Virus record (IMG/VR): IMGVR_UViG_3300008110_000030
Location: 1 to 64,000 of that record
Length of the DNA: 64,000 bases
Reading direction: 5' to 3' (one strand)
Shown: one piece after another, positions 55,498 to 64,000 of the stretch
Layout: every line of letters starts with the position of its first letter
Numbering within the stretch: the first letter of the stretch is position 1
Notes under the pieces: generated by a model
What the model was told of the DNA's origin: nothing
What the model saw: the letters and a program-made list of their open reading frames with translations, nothing else
The model's database searches: none
Made by a program: the position numbers and the translations under genes

Positions 55498-55534
55498 AAT
55501 CGCTCCATTTTTTACTATATCCATATTTATGGTG

Positions 55535-55563
55535 TTGACAAATATATCGTTAGAGCATATAAT
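55535..55563 (+). promoter_or_regulatory. sigma70 promoter
   Basis: TTGACA-17 nt-TATAAT. Confidence 0.85.
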
Positions 55564-55569
55564 ACATGT

Positions 55570-55809
55570 ATGAACACTATTGATAAAGCACTAATTGAGC
55601 TGAAATGCCAAATCTTGGACATTTTGTTTGTTAAACGACTTCAAGGAAAAACCGAAATTCCTGTACAAGAACTGCTTGAAGAATTGGGTATGGATGAAGA
55701 TACCAATCTAACAGGGCTTAATCCCAATGACACTATTGAATTGAACAGTAAGACACTTGATGATATAGAGCAGGCGAAACGTCGAATTCGCTCGTCTATG
55801 TTTCATTAA
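55570..55809 (+). CDS. Hypothetical protein
   Basis: Directly after the promoter. Confidence 0.65.
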   Translation: MNTIDKALIELKCQILDILFVKRLQGKTEIPVQELLEELGMDEDTNLTGLNPNDTIELNSKTLDDIEQAKRRIRSSMFH

Positions 55810-55818
55810 ATATCATAA

Positions 55819-55893
55819 CTGGCGATAGTTCAACGGATAGAACAGTAGCCTTCTAAGCTATTAATCCAGGTTCGATTCCTGGTCGCCGGACCA
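55819..55893 (+). tRNA. tRNA-Arg(TCT)
   Basis: GTAGC-CTTCTAA-GCTAT, CCA; TAAATA at 55807-55812. Confidence 0.93.
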
Positions 55894-55910
55894 CTTTTAG
55901 AAAGTTTGAA

Positions 55911-56744
55911 ATGAAAATCAATCTAGTCAGCGACATGCACATCAACTTCCAGGACATTAATTTGCCAGGCGGTGATGTACTCATTATGGCTGGGGATATC
56001 ATGGAAGCTGGTCACCTACGTTTGGCTGACAATGCTAAACAAAATACATTTATTGCTGATAGATATCGTAGATTCATCAATGAAGAATTGTGCAAGTATC
56101 GTCATGTGATTTATATTGCAGGCAATCATGAGCACTATAGCAACAGCTATGACGACACACATATTCGAATAGGTCGTGAACTGCCAGACAACGTACACTT
56201 CTTAGAAGCAGAATCAATCAAGATTGATGACGTGTGGTTCTTTGGTGGCACATTTTGGACTGATATGAACAAAGGCGATCCTATCACTGCCAGTGTGCTT
56301 AAACAACGCATGGCTGATTTTAGTGGTTCAATTAAATTTGGTAACAGTATCAAAGTTGATACCGCTTGGGGAGACAGTTATTACACTAGTAAGTTCACTC
56401 CTGCTTATGCTAAAGGCGTGTTTCACGAAACAATGGAAAAATTAAAAACTTTTTTAGAAGCTCATCCTGATGAAAAAGTTGTTGTAGTAAGTCATCACGC
56501 ACCAACTGAGTTGAGTGTTAATGAATATTACAAAAATGAATTTCATATGAATGGTGGATATCACAGCAGACTAGGTGATTTTATTTTAGACCATCCCAAC
56601 ATTAAGGTATGGTGTCATGGTCACATGCACGATCCAGTTGACTACACTATTGGAACTACTCGTGTACTGAGTAACCCACGTGGTTACAAAGGATATGAAC
56701 ACCAAGCTGAAGTGTTTGATCCTAATTTTAGTTTTGACGTATAA
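55911..56744 (+). CDS. Calcineurin-like metallophosphoesterase
   Basis: SDMH, AGD, GNHE, SHHAP, HGHMH. Confidence 0.92.
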   Translation: MKINLVSDMHINFQDINLPGGDVLIMAGDIMEAGHLRLADNAKQNTFIADRYRRFINEELCKYRHVIYIAGNHEHYSNSYDDTHIRIGRELPDNVHFLEAESIKIDDVWFFGGTFWTDMNKGDPITASVLKQRMADFSGSIKFGNSIKVDTAWGDSYYTSKFTPAYAKGVFHETMEKLKTFLEAHPDEKVVVVSHHAPTELSVNEYYKNEFHMNGGYHSRLGDFILDHPNIKVWCHGHMHDPVDYTIGTTRVLSNPRGYKGYEHQAEVFDPNFSFDV

Positions 56745-56755
56745 AGGCAACAGAC

Positions 56756-57385
56756 ATGGGATTTGTTACTGACGGAGATTTATCTAAAATATTTGGACGT
56801 ATTGACAAAAAACTGTCTGTTGTTCATGACAAGGACAAGTCTTTAGTTGAAATACTTGATCTTGATATCGCTAGCGGGCCTTGGCTTGCTGGCGGTGCTG
56901 TACTTACTTGGCTTAGTGGTAACCCAGTTGGCGACAGTGACTTTGATATATTTTTCAAAGATTTGCGACAGTTTGATGAAGTGTTTGGCAGACTCATGCG
57001 CAACCATGCTAGTATCATCTACACCAGTGAAAACGCATTGACCTTGCATCTTGTTATTGATGACGATCTCAAACGAATCCAATTGATTCGAAAAAATTAT
57101 TTTGATTCTGCAAAAGATGTAATTGATCATTTTGACTTTACTATTTGTCAACTGGTAACTGATGGCTACCAAATAGTTGGTGCTGACCACACATTTGAAC
57201 ATATAAAAGAAAAACGAATTGTATCTGTTGGACCTGCCAAACGATCTATTGTAAAAAGAATTGTCAAATATGTTAGTTATGGATACACTGTTGATTGTGA
57301 TTTAATGCAATCAATTCTCGACAATCCTGAAGAGTATGATTGGTCATTTAATAACATAGATGAAAATTATGAAAACGCATTCTAA
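56756..57385 (+). CDS. Nucleotidyltransferase (poly(A) polymerase/CCA head-domain-like)
   Basis: WLAGGAV...DSDFDIFF; FDFTIC. Confidence 0.78.
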   Translation: MGFVTDGDLSKIFGRIDKKLSVVHDKDKSLVEILDLDIASGPWLAGGAVLTWLSGNPVGDSDFDIFFKDLRQFDEVFGRLMRNHASIIYTSENALTLHLVIDDDLKRIQLIRKNYFDSAKDVIDHFDFTICQLVTDGYQIVGADHTFEHIKEKRIVSVGPAKRSIVKRIVKYVSYGYTVDCDLMQSILDNPEEYDWSFNNIDENYENAF

Positions 57386-57752
57386 TTACCACAGTTGGAG
57401 TTTGCTAGATCCACGTCCAGTATTTTATCTAGACGAAAAGACACATACTGAATTGTGCGTATGGAATGGCATTTACATGACCAAAAAACAAGCTCTGCTG
57501 ATTGCTTGTGAAAAGTATTTGTCAATTTGGCCCACCCCAACGATGAAAAATCGTAGTTATCAAGAGTTTATTACTGCATATTTTAGTAATGCATTTGGTC
57601 ACAGAGAGTGGGACGGCATTATTTCTAAACTAAACAACGGACAAGATCATTACAATCTTTTGGTAAAAATGCTAAAACCTCATACACAAAAGATGGCAAC
57701 ATACTCTGGTCCAGAGGTTTTATCTTGGTTCAATCTTCATAAACAAAAATAG
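57360..57752 (+). CDS. Hypothetical protein
   Basis: Packed ORF. Confidence 0.6.
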   Translation: MKIMKTHSNYHSWSLLDPRPVFYLDEKTHTELCVWNGIYMTKKQALLIACEKYLSIWPTPTMKNRSYQEFITAYFSNAFGHREWDGIISKLNNGQDHYNLLVKMLKPHTQKMATYSGPEVLSWFNLHKQK

Positions 57753-57760
57753 ACTATATT

Positions 57761-57979
57761 ATGACTCGTTATACAGCAGAAGTTAAATACGACAAAGAGA
57801 CAGACGAACACTACTTGCAATTTGATCCAGAAGTTCTATCTCAAATGGGTTGGGACTTTGGCGATACCATAATTTGGAAGGATAATAATGATGGGTCATT
57901 CACGCTTACGAAAAAAGTGGATAACCACCCCAGTGACCAGACTTCAAATGTTCCAACTGATGGAGCCTCTGAAGAGTAA
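57761..57979 (+). CDS. AbrB/MazE-like DNA-binding protein
   Basis: LQFDPEVLSQMGWDFGDTIIW. Confidence 0.65.
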   Translation: MTRYTAEVKYDKETDEHYLQFDPEVLSQMGWDFGDTIIWKDNNDGSFTLTKKVDNHPSDQTSNVPTDGASEE

Positions 57980-58574
57980 ACTAATTGGTTTTCCTTTGTA
58001 TAAAGGAGAAATTAGTTCTATAATTGGTGAATTGATTAGTAGTAAATTTAGAGCAGATATTATACAAGCTGAAGCAAGTCAAGTAGACATTGGCGATTTA
58101 AATGTAAGTGCTTGTTATGATCCAGAATTGGATAGTATGGATCGTCCTTGTATTGAAATTGTACTAGTTTATAATCCTTACGATAATTTTTTAATTTTTG
58201 ATCAAGAATTATTTTCCACAATAACCAAAAGACTTTGTGATGCTCTATCACATGAGCAAATTCATCAACAACAGCACAGAGCAAGATTTTGGGAAGATGT
58301 AGACTATGATGATCCAGATGATGATGAAGCATATTTGGCTAACAAAGATGAGATTGATGCTTATAGTCACAACATTGCTAACGAACTTTTGGACTTTGCA
58401 GACCTAAATCAGGTATTGACATTAATACAATATCCAAGTAAAATAAAGATTGAACACAGCGTAAACCTTTGGGTTTACATGCAGACATTTAACAACGATA
58501 CAAATCATCCAGTAATCAAAAGATTACTAAAAAAAGTTACAAAAATACTACCTAAGGTAGTTTTACAAAGATAA
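57948..58574 (+). CDS. Hypothetical protein with HExxH motif
   Basis: SHEQIHQQQ...Y....DEIDAY; start uncertain. Confidence 0.65.
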   Translation: MFQLMEPLKSKLIGFPLYKGEISSIIGELISSKFRADIIQAEASQVDIGDLNVSACYDPELDSMDRPCIEIVLVYNPYDNFLIFDQELFSTITKRLCDALSHEQIHQQQHRARFWEDVDYDDPDDDEAYLANKDEIDAYSHNIANELLDFADLNQVLTLIQYPSKIKIEHSVNLWVYMQTFNNDTNHPVIKRLLKKVTKILPKVVLQR

Positions 58575-58691
58575 ATAGAGTACTATGAAGACAACAGCAT
58601 ATCAATTTGCATCCAGTAAGAAGATTCCTTCTTCAGTTGTCTACTTGTCTTTAATCCCACGAATACGATTACAACACTCTTAAAAAGTTAA

Positions 58692-58792
58692 GGGAGTGTT
58701 GCTAATATTGGCCTAAGGGCAGAGCTTATACCTCTGTAAGCACCGTCTAGATAAGGCGGCGAATGTGGGTTCGATTCCCGCCACTCCTACCA
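58692..58792 (+). tRNA. tRNA-Ile(TAT) with very long variable arm
   Basis: CAGAG-CTTATAC-CTCTG; extra arm CCGTCT/AGGCGG; acceptor GGGAGTG/CACTCCT; CCA. Confidence 0.82.
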
Positions 58793-58798
58793 AAAATT

Positions 58799-58883
58799 GC
58801 CTGCATGGTGAAATCGGTAAACACAGCAGACTTAAAATCTGCCGGAGAAATCCTTCCCAGTTCGATTCTGGGTGCAGGCACCA
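58799..58883 (+). tRNA. tRNA-Leu(TAA)
   Basis: GCAGA-CTTAAAA-TCTGC, CCA. Confidence 0.93.
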
Positions 58884-58893
58884 AAATACATAG

Positions 58894-58922
58894 TTGACAA
58901 AAATAACAAACACATATATAAT
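58894..58922 (+). promoter_or_regulatory. sigma70 promoter
   Basis: TTGACA-17 nt-TATAAT. Confidence 0.85.
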
Positions 58923-58945
58923 ATAGAACACTTTACAAGGACATT

Positions 58946-59030
58946 GCGACTGTGGTGAAATAGGTAGACACAAGAGACTTAAAATCTCTCGCCCACAGGC
59001 ATCCCGGTTCGATTCCGGGCAGTCGCACCA
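58946..59030 (+). tRNA. tRNA-Leu(TAA), second copy
   Basis: AGAGA-CTTAAAA-TCTCT, CCA. Confidence 0.93.
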
Positions 59031-59036
59031 AACATT

Positions 59037-59870
59037 ATGAGAAATCACTATTGGACATGTAGCAAATTTGCAGACTGGGTTCGCGGTACTAAGAAACTAG
59101 AAGCCGGTACAGCCGAACAATGGGATGAATGGACTACCACAGCACAAATGAAACACAATTTTCGTTACTGGTTGGCTGAAGAAGGTCTGGACATTTTGCA
59201 ACGTATTGTCTACTGGCCCACTGATAAACTTTATGAAATCAAATACTACATCAACAATCGGTTTGTCACTCGCACTCACAGTCTTACTGCTCATCCCAGA
59301 GACATTAAGCCTGGTCAGTGGTGCGATGTTGGTAACCGCTTTCTTCCTTGTTTGTTTAATGAGCTTGTGGATTTTGTGGAAGTAGAACTAGCATGGTGGC
59401 ATATTGTATGGGACGAAGAAGCACGTAAACAATTTAAGAGTCCATGGTATGCTACAGGATGGTTCCGTTGGCGTACATGGCGTAATGCAGAGTGTGGACT
59501 TGCTAACTTAGAGTGGCAACGTCAACTTCGTTGGAAAGAAGAAGAAGTTGGTGCAGACTTTAAAGGTCTAGGCGAACTTACTCCGCAAGCCGTTAAGGCA
59601 CAAGAGATTTTGGACTTGTATACTTGGTGGACGCAAACATATCGCAATCGTCCGGACCCTTACGAAGCAAGTGGTTGGACAGCGGCATGTGAAGCACAGC
59701 GTATTGCTAACGGTGGTAAACTAAGTTGGAAAACTCCTAAAGATCCTGTGCTCAAAAAACAAAGTGATAAAGCGCATAAGCTACTTCAAAAGATTGAAGC
59801 AGACTATGAGAAGGAAGATGAACAAATGATGATTCGTCTCATTAAAGTTAGAGATGGACTTTGGACGTAA
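59037..59870 (+). CDS. Trp-rich hypothetical protein
   Basis: 277 aa ORF. Confidence 0.75.
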   Translation: MRNHYWTCSKFADWVRGTKKLEAGTAEQWDEWTTTAQMKHNFRYWLAEEGLDILQRIVYWPTDKLYEIKYYINNRFVTRTHSLTAHPRDIKPGQWCDVGNRFLPCLFNELVDFVEVELAWWHIVWDEEARKQFKSPWYATGWFRWRTWRNAECGLANLEWQRQLRWKEEEVGADFKGLGELTPQAVKAQEILDLYTWWTQTYRNRPDPYEASGWTAACEAQRIANGGKLSWKTPKDPVLKKQSDKAHKLLQKIEADYEKEDEQMMIRLIKVRDGLWT

Positions 59871-59888
59871 TAAACTAGGAGAACTAAA

Positions 59889-60068
59889 ATGGCAGGTGTA
59901 GCGAAAAGTAATTATCTCACAGTGACAGAAGTAATTGACGGTAAACATGTCACAGTGTTTAACAAAATGTTCTTCAATGCTGGTGATATGAACAAGTACA
60001 TTAAAGAAGAAAAGTTTTTAGAAAAATATCCAAAACCTCAATATACCATTTATAAGGAATGTTACTAA
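59889..60068 (+). CDS. Hypothetical protein, 59 aa
   Basis: Translated by hand; AGGAG RBS; TAATG overlap with next gene. Confidence 0.65.
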   Translation: MAGVAKSNYLTVTEVIDGKHVTVFNKMFFNAGDMNKYIKEEKFLEKYPKPQYTIYKECY

Positions 60069-60271
60069 TGAGTGATCCGTTAGACGAAGCAGAAAGATTC
60101 ACCAATTTGTTCTTGCAAGAAGGGCTAGCCAAAAGAGCAGCCGTTCCTGAGAAAACTGGTTTTTGTTTAGTCGCAGATTGTGGTGAACCTACTGAAGGAT
60201 CTTTTTGTTCAAAAGAATGTCGTGAAGATTATGAGAAGATTGAGCGGCTTCGTAAAATTCGTGGCTATTAA
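60068..60271 (+). CDS. TraR/DksA-like C4 zinc-finger protein
   Basis: MSDPLDEA N-terminal acidic pair; CLVADC...CSKEC. Confidence 0.55.
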   Translation: MSDPLDEAERFTNLFLQEGLAKRAAVPEKTGFCLVADCGEPTEGSFCSKECREDYEKIERLRKIRGY

Positions 60272-60275
60272 TCAG

Positions 60276-60304
60276 TTGACACTGCCCAGCGTAGTTGTTA
60301 CAAT
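60276..60304 (+). promoter_or_regulatory. sigma70 promoter
   Basis: TTGACA-17 nt-TACAAT. Confidence 0.8.
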
Positions 60305-60341
60305 CAAGTATAGTTAAACAAAGACACACTAAAGGATTTAC

Positions 60342-61430
60342 ATGTCTTACTTTTTAAAATCTGGTAACACGTTCCGAGTTTCTACCAAAGAAGCAATGGA
60401 TCTACATGAAATGTTGCCAGCAGGCAACTACGTGGTCAAAGAGATGCCTATGGACGGGCCTTTGTACCTTGAACACATTGAGTCGTTTGAAATTAAAGGT
60501 AAGCGTTATGGAGACCTTGATAAAAATACAGACCGTATCTTGAATACGTTTATGGATCGTAGTTCGTCAACTGGCGTAATGTTGGCTGGCGAAAAAGGTT
60601 CTGGTAAATCATTGCTGGCTAAAAACTTGGCAATTGAAGCTGCCAAACGTATGGAGATTCCATGTATTGTTATCAATGCCCCATGGGTTGGTGACAAGTT
60701 CAATGCGTTCATGCAAATGATTGAACAACCATGTATGGTTCTGTTTGATGAGTTTGAAAAGGTCTACGATAGCGATGATCAAGAGAAAGCATTGACTCTG
60801 TTGGATGGTGTGTTCCCTAGCAAGAAGTTGTTTGTCTTGACTTGCAACGACAAGTGGCGTATTGACCAACACATGCGGAATCGTCCAGGACGTTTGTACT
60901 ACATGTTGGACTACAAAGGTTTGGATGCCAATTTTATTGTTGAATACTGTAACGATAACTTAAAGCCGGCCTTGTTGGAGCACACTGAAAAGTTGTGCCA
61001 AATTGCATCATTGTTTGCTCAGTTTAACTTTGACATGTTGAAAGCAACTGTTGAAGAAATGAATCGTTATAATGAAGGTCCTGAAGATGCTCTGCGTATG
61101 CTGAACGTCAAGCCAGAATTTGACAGTGGTAATAACTTTGAGATTAAACTTCAAATTAATGGCGAAGATTTGCAGGATACTGATTTGGAAAGCCAACAAT
61201 GGAAGGGTAATCCACTGCAAAGTCAAGTTCAAATACACTACAAAAACTTTGCTGAACAGCAAGGTGATGAAGGAGATTTGGATTGGGACTGGGAACGTTT
61301 GCGGTTTGAAGCAGTTGACTTGAAGAAGATTGATAGTCAAACTGGAAAATTTGTTTTCGTCAAAGGTGGCGCTGTTTTAACCTTGAATAAAATCAAGGAA
61401 AAGAGTTACAACTATTACGATGCATTTTAA
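60342..61430 (+). CDS. AAA+ ATPase
   Basis: GEKGSGKS, VLFDEFEK, TCN, RPGR. Confidence 0.9.
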   Translation: MSYFLKSGNTFRVSTKEAMDLHEMLPAGNYVVKEMPMDGPLYLEHIESFEIKGKRYGDLDKNTDRILNTFMDRSSSTGVMLAGEKGSGKSLLAKNLAIEAAKRMEIPCIVINAPWVGDKFNAFMQMIEQPCMVLFDEFEKVYDSDDQEKALTLLDGVFPSKKLFVLTCNDKWRIDQHMRNRPGRLYYMLDYKGLDANFIVEYCNDNLKPALLEHTEKLCQIASLFAQFNFDMLKATVEEMNRYNEGPEDALRMLNVKPEFDSGNNFEIKLQINGEDLQDTDLESQQWKGNPLQSQVQIHYKNFAEQQGDEGDLDWDWERLRFEAVDLKKIDSQTGKFVFVKGGAVLTLNKIKEKSYNYYDAF

Positions 61431-61473
61431 ATAACTGTTGTAGAAATACAACACTTTACAGTAACAGGACTAG

Positions 61474-61502
61474 TTGACAAAACCATCTAGTCCTGTTATA
61501 AT
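61474..61502 (+). promoter_or_regulatory. sigma70 promoter inside a 12-bp inverted repeat
   Basis: TTGACA-17 nt-TATAAT; TAACAGGACTAG/CTAGTCCTGTTA arms. Confidence 0.85.
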
Positions 61503-61508
61503 TTGAAC

Positions 61509-62075
61509 ATGACAAAAACATATATAACATCAGATTTGCATTTTGGACATAGAAACATTATGAATTTCTGTCCAGTTAGCCGAGCACGATATAACGGCGA
61601 TGTAGATTACATGAACGAAGCTATGGTAAAAGAATGGAACGAAATAGTCGAACCTGAAGATACAGTTTATATTTTGGGTGATGTTGCATTCTTGCCCACT
61701 GACAAAGCAGTTAAAATTATGCGCCGTTTGAATGGCACAAAGATTTTGATTGAAGGCAATCATGACCGTAAGGCATTGCACGATCCAGTATTTCGTAGTT
61801 GTTTTGCAGAAGTACACAAGTACCTTTGGATTGACTATAAGGGCACACAGGTAATAATGTTTCACTATCCTATTGCAGAGTGGGATCAGATGCATAGAGG
61901 CAGTGTACACTTTCACGGACATTTGCACGGAAACACAAGCGGTATGGAAAAATATCGTTGTATTGATGTAGGCATGGACGCTACTGGTTGGATAGTAATT
62001 GAAATGGAAGACGCTATTCAAAGAGCCTTGAAGGGCGAAGTTAAAGGTCATCATAAGAAGGAAGAAAATGCCTAA
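61509..62075 (+). CDS. Metallophosphoesterase
   Basis: SDLHFGH, GDV, GNHD, HYP, HGHLH, DVGMD. Confidence 0.9.
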   Translation: MTKTYITSDLHFGHRNIMNFCPVSRARYNGDVDYMNEAMVKEWNEIVEPEDTVYILGDVAFLPTDKAVKIMRRLNGTKILIEGNHDRKALHDPVFRSCFAEVHKYLWIDYKGTQVIMFHYPIAEWDQMHRGSVHFHGHLHGNTSGMEKYRCIDVGMDATGWIVIEMEDAIQRALKGEVKGHHKKEENA

Positions 62076-62532
62076 GTGTTATCAATTAATTGGTGTTCCA
62101 GCTTCAGGAAAAAGTACCTGGGTTAAAAATCAAGATTGGGCAGTTGACTGTGTAGTAGTTTCTACAGATGAATTTGTTGAAGATTATGCCAAAGAGTGTG
62201 GCTTAACTTATAGTGAAGTATTTGACGACTACATGCCAACTGCTGTTGATTTGATGGCTGAGAAAGTTATTCGTGCTCGAGAAGCAGGCAAAGATATTAT
62301 TTGGGACCAAACTAGTACATCGTGGACCAGTCGTCGACGTAAATTTAATATGTTGCCTGACTATGAACATATTGCTGTAGTGTTTCAAACTCCTGATGAA
62401 GAAGAACATCTACGTCGGTTAAAAACACGTCCAGGAAAAGTTATTCCAGAAGCAGTATTGTTTGACATGGTTTGGAATTTTGAAATGCCTACTGAGGAAG
62501 AAGGCTTTAAAGAAATTTGGAGAGTATCATGA
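62068..62532 (+). CDS. P-loop kinase (polynucleotide kinase/AAA_33-like)
   Basis: GVPASGKST, STD, WDQT...R, R.G..IPE. Confidence 0.85.
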   Translation: MPKCYQLIGVPASGKSTWVKNQDWAVDCVVVSTDEFVEDYAKECGLTYSEVFDDYMPTAVDLMAEKVIRAREAGKDIIWDQTSTSWTSRRRKFNMLPDYEHIAVVFQTPDEEEHLRRLKTRPGKVIPEAVLFDMVWNFEMPTEEEGFKEIWRVS

Positions 62533-62969
62533 AAGAAGAATTTGATAAAAATCTAGTAGAAAAATATCCTAAGATATTTGCTAATCGTAATGGTGATCCT
62601 AAAGAAACATTAATGTGTTGGGGTTTTGAATGTGGTGATGGTTGGTATCCTATCATTAATACTCTTTGTAGTGAAATACAATCTCGAATTGATTGGAATA
62701 ATAAAAACGTAGATAACGGATATGGAAACTACAAAGAGATCAAACAGGTAGTAGCTGTACAGATTAAAGAAAAGTTTGGTGGACTTCGTTTTTATTACGA
62801 AGGCGGTGATGATCATATTCACGGCATGGTCCGTATGGCAGAAAATTGGGCAAGCACTACCTGTGAAATATGTGGGAATCCTGGACAAACAAGACATGGG
62901 TTTTGGATTAAAACATTGTGTGACGAACATGAAGCAGAACGACAAGAGAGATATAAGGACAGGTCATAA
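62529..62969 (+). CDS. Hypothetical protein
   Basis: ECGDGW, QIKEKFGGLRFY, CEICG...C..H. Confidence 0.75.
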   Translation: MKEEFDKNLVEKYPKIFANRNGDPKETLMCWGFECGDGWYPIINTLCSEIQSRIDWNNKNVDNGYGNYKEIKQVVAVQIKEKFGGLRFYYEGGDDHIHGMVRMAENWASTTCEICGNPGQTRHGFWIKTLCDEHEAERQERYKDRS

Positions 62970-63160
62970 TGAAAGACGAAAGTCAACTACCAGTGTCTGC
63001 GCAAAGTCTAGTATATCGTTTACGTAAGCGGGCAGAGATTCGGCGACAAATCAAAGACCGAAAGAGTGTTCAAGAAGGTGCGCCAGATCGTATTGCAGAT
63101 CTCTTAGAAGAGGCGGCTGACGAGATTGAACGCCTTCAAATTGGTAAAATCAGTGGTTGA
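62969..63160 (+). CDS. Hypothetical protein
   Basis: TAATG overlap. Confidence 0.65.
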   Translation: MKDESQLPVSAQSLVYRLRKRAEIRRQIKDRKSVQEGAPDRIADLLEEAADEIERLQIGKISG

Positions 63161-63185
63161 CTGCCACTGGTTTTTCCTATATAAT
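63157..63185 (+). promoter_or_regulatory. sigma70 promoter
   Basis: TTGACT-17 nt-TATAAT; CAGTGG/CCACTG arms flank the -35. Confidence 0.8.
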
Positions 63186-63220
63186 TTACACATACACTAA
63201 CAAACACAGAAAGGTTTTCT

Positions 63221-64000
63221 ATGCTTCTTAATCTTGCTCCTAACAACGAAGCTATTTTGAGCAATGTTGGCCAAATTGGCGAATTCCGTATTCGCAACAG
63301 TGCTAAAGCATTTAACATTTTGAGCTCAGGCTTGTATGCTAACAAGATCCGTGCTATTGTACGTGAGCTGTCATGTAACGCAGTGGATAGTCATGTAGCG
63401 GCAGGTCGTAGTGAAACTCCTTTTGATATCCATCTTCCAAATCAATTAGAGCCTTGGTTTGCTATTCGCGACTACGGTACTGGCTTGTCACATGATCAAG
63501 TGACTAACATCTACACCACTTACTTTGAGTCTACTAAAACTAATAGTAACGACTTTATTGGTGCGTTGGGTTTGGGTTCTAAGAGCCCATTCAGCTACAC
63601 TGATAACTTTACCGTAACTGCTATCAAAGATGGCATTAAAGGTATCTACAGTGCTTTCATTAATGCTGAAGGTGTTCCTTCTATTGCTAAGATGGGCGAG
63701 GAAGAAACTACAGAACCTTCAGGTGTTGAAGTTAAATTTAGTGTTAATGACCGTTGGGACTTTTCAAAGTTCCACGACGAAGCACGTCAAGTTTTTACTT
63801 ACTTTAAACTTCGTCCTGTTATTGGCGGTGTGAGTGATTTTAAGTTTCGTGATGTTGAATACGAAACTGAAAACATCATTCCTGGTGTACATTCAACAAC
63901 AAATCGCCATAGTGTTGCTATCATGGGTAATATTGCCTACCCTGTGCAAGTTCCAGAAGCTAACCAAAAGGACTTGGGCGATGTTGCAGTATTGTTGAAC
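63221..64000 (+). CDS. rIIA: rIIA-like GHKL ATPase, truncated at window end
   Basis: LYANKIRAIVRELSCNAVDSH, IRDYGTGL, YFESTK, GLGSK; missing from the ORF track because there is no stop in the window. Confidence 0.88.
   Translation, partial: MLLNLAPNNEAILSNVGQIGEFRIRNSAKAFNILSSGLYANKIRAIVRELSCNAVDSHVAAGRSETPFDIHLPNQLEPWFAIRDYGTGLSHDQVTNIYTTYFESTKTNSNDFIGALGLGSKSPFSYTDNFTVTAIKDGIKGIYSAFINAEGVPSIAKMGEEETTEPSGVEVKFSVNDRWDFSKFHDEARQVFTYFKLRPVIGGVSDFKFRDVEYETENIIPGVHSTTNRHSVAIMGNIAYPVQVPEANQKDLGDVAVLLN

Noticed and set aside
39820-63345. Minus-strand ORFs antisense to dnaK, curli, cyclase, AAA and phosphoesterase genes, and 58713-59048 over tRNAs
   Set aside because: Shadow frames with no independent support
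1-64000. Stop-codon reassignment
   Set aside because: Conserved genes are full length in code 11, TGA and TAA end genes with normal overlaps, and no suppressor tRNA is present
1-64000. Bacterial chromosome or integrated mobile element
   Set aside because: Host-like genes lack their usual operon partners and sit with rIIA, late boxes and dense small ORFs; no integrase or transposase seen

Overview
A 64 kb AT-rich segment of a large T4-like (probably jumbo) tailed phage. Support: rIIA at the right edge, TAAATA late-promoter boxes, near-consensus sigma70 early promoters, 26 tRNA genes, and host-like genes (dnaK, clpX, clpS, groES, hsp20, rpsU, guaC). The host is probably proteobacterial (inferred from DnaK and the rrn-type boxA sequence). 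Layout: (1) 1-5650, a minus-strand tRNA array whose spacers hold structured non-coding RNA: a ~885 nt GOLLD-like RNA with an embedded tRNA-like domain, several stem-closed RNAs, a family of ACAC/GTGT stems, boxA-like sites and a candidate leader-peptide attenuator. (2) 5675-23265, a ~17.6 kb minus-strand cluster with 6 radical SAM enzymes (2 cobalamin-binding type), 5 2OG-Fe(II)/JmjC oxygenases, 3 orphan paralogs and a candidate substrate ending in CHVSCHSNCHNSRGRR. (3) 24-37 kb, cell-envelope genes, clpX-rpsU, guaC, groES. (4) 37-44 kb, transporter plus outer-membrane protein, dnaK-hsp20-clpS, heme oxygenase plus a PcyX-like bilin reductase. (5) 45-54 kb, curli csgF/csgG/curlin, FecR and CHASE2 adenylate cyclase, interrupted by a yybP-ykoY riboswitch-TerC cassette. 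(6) 55-64 kb, phosphoesterases, nucleotidyltransferase, kinase, AAA ATPase, four more tRNAs and rIIA. All assignments come from reading motifs by eye; no searches or folding programs were run.
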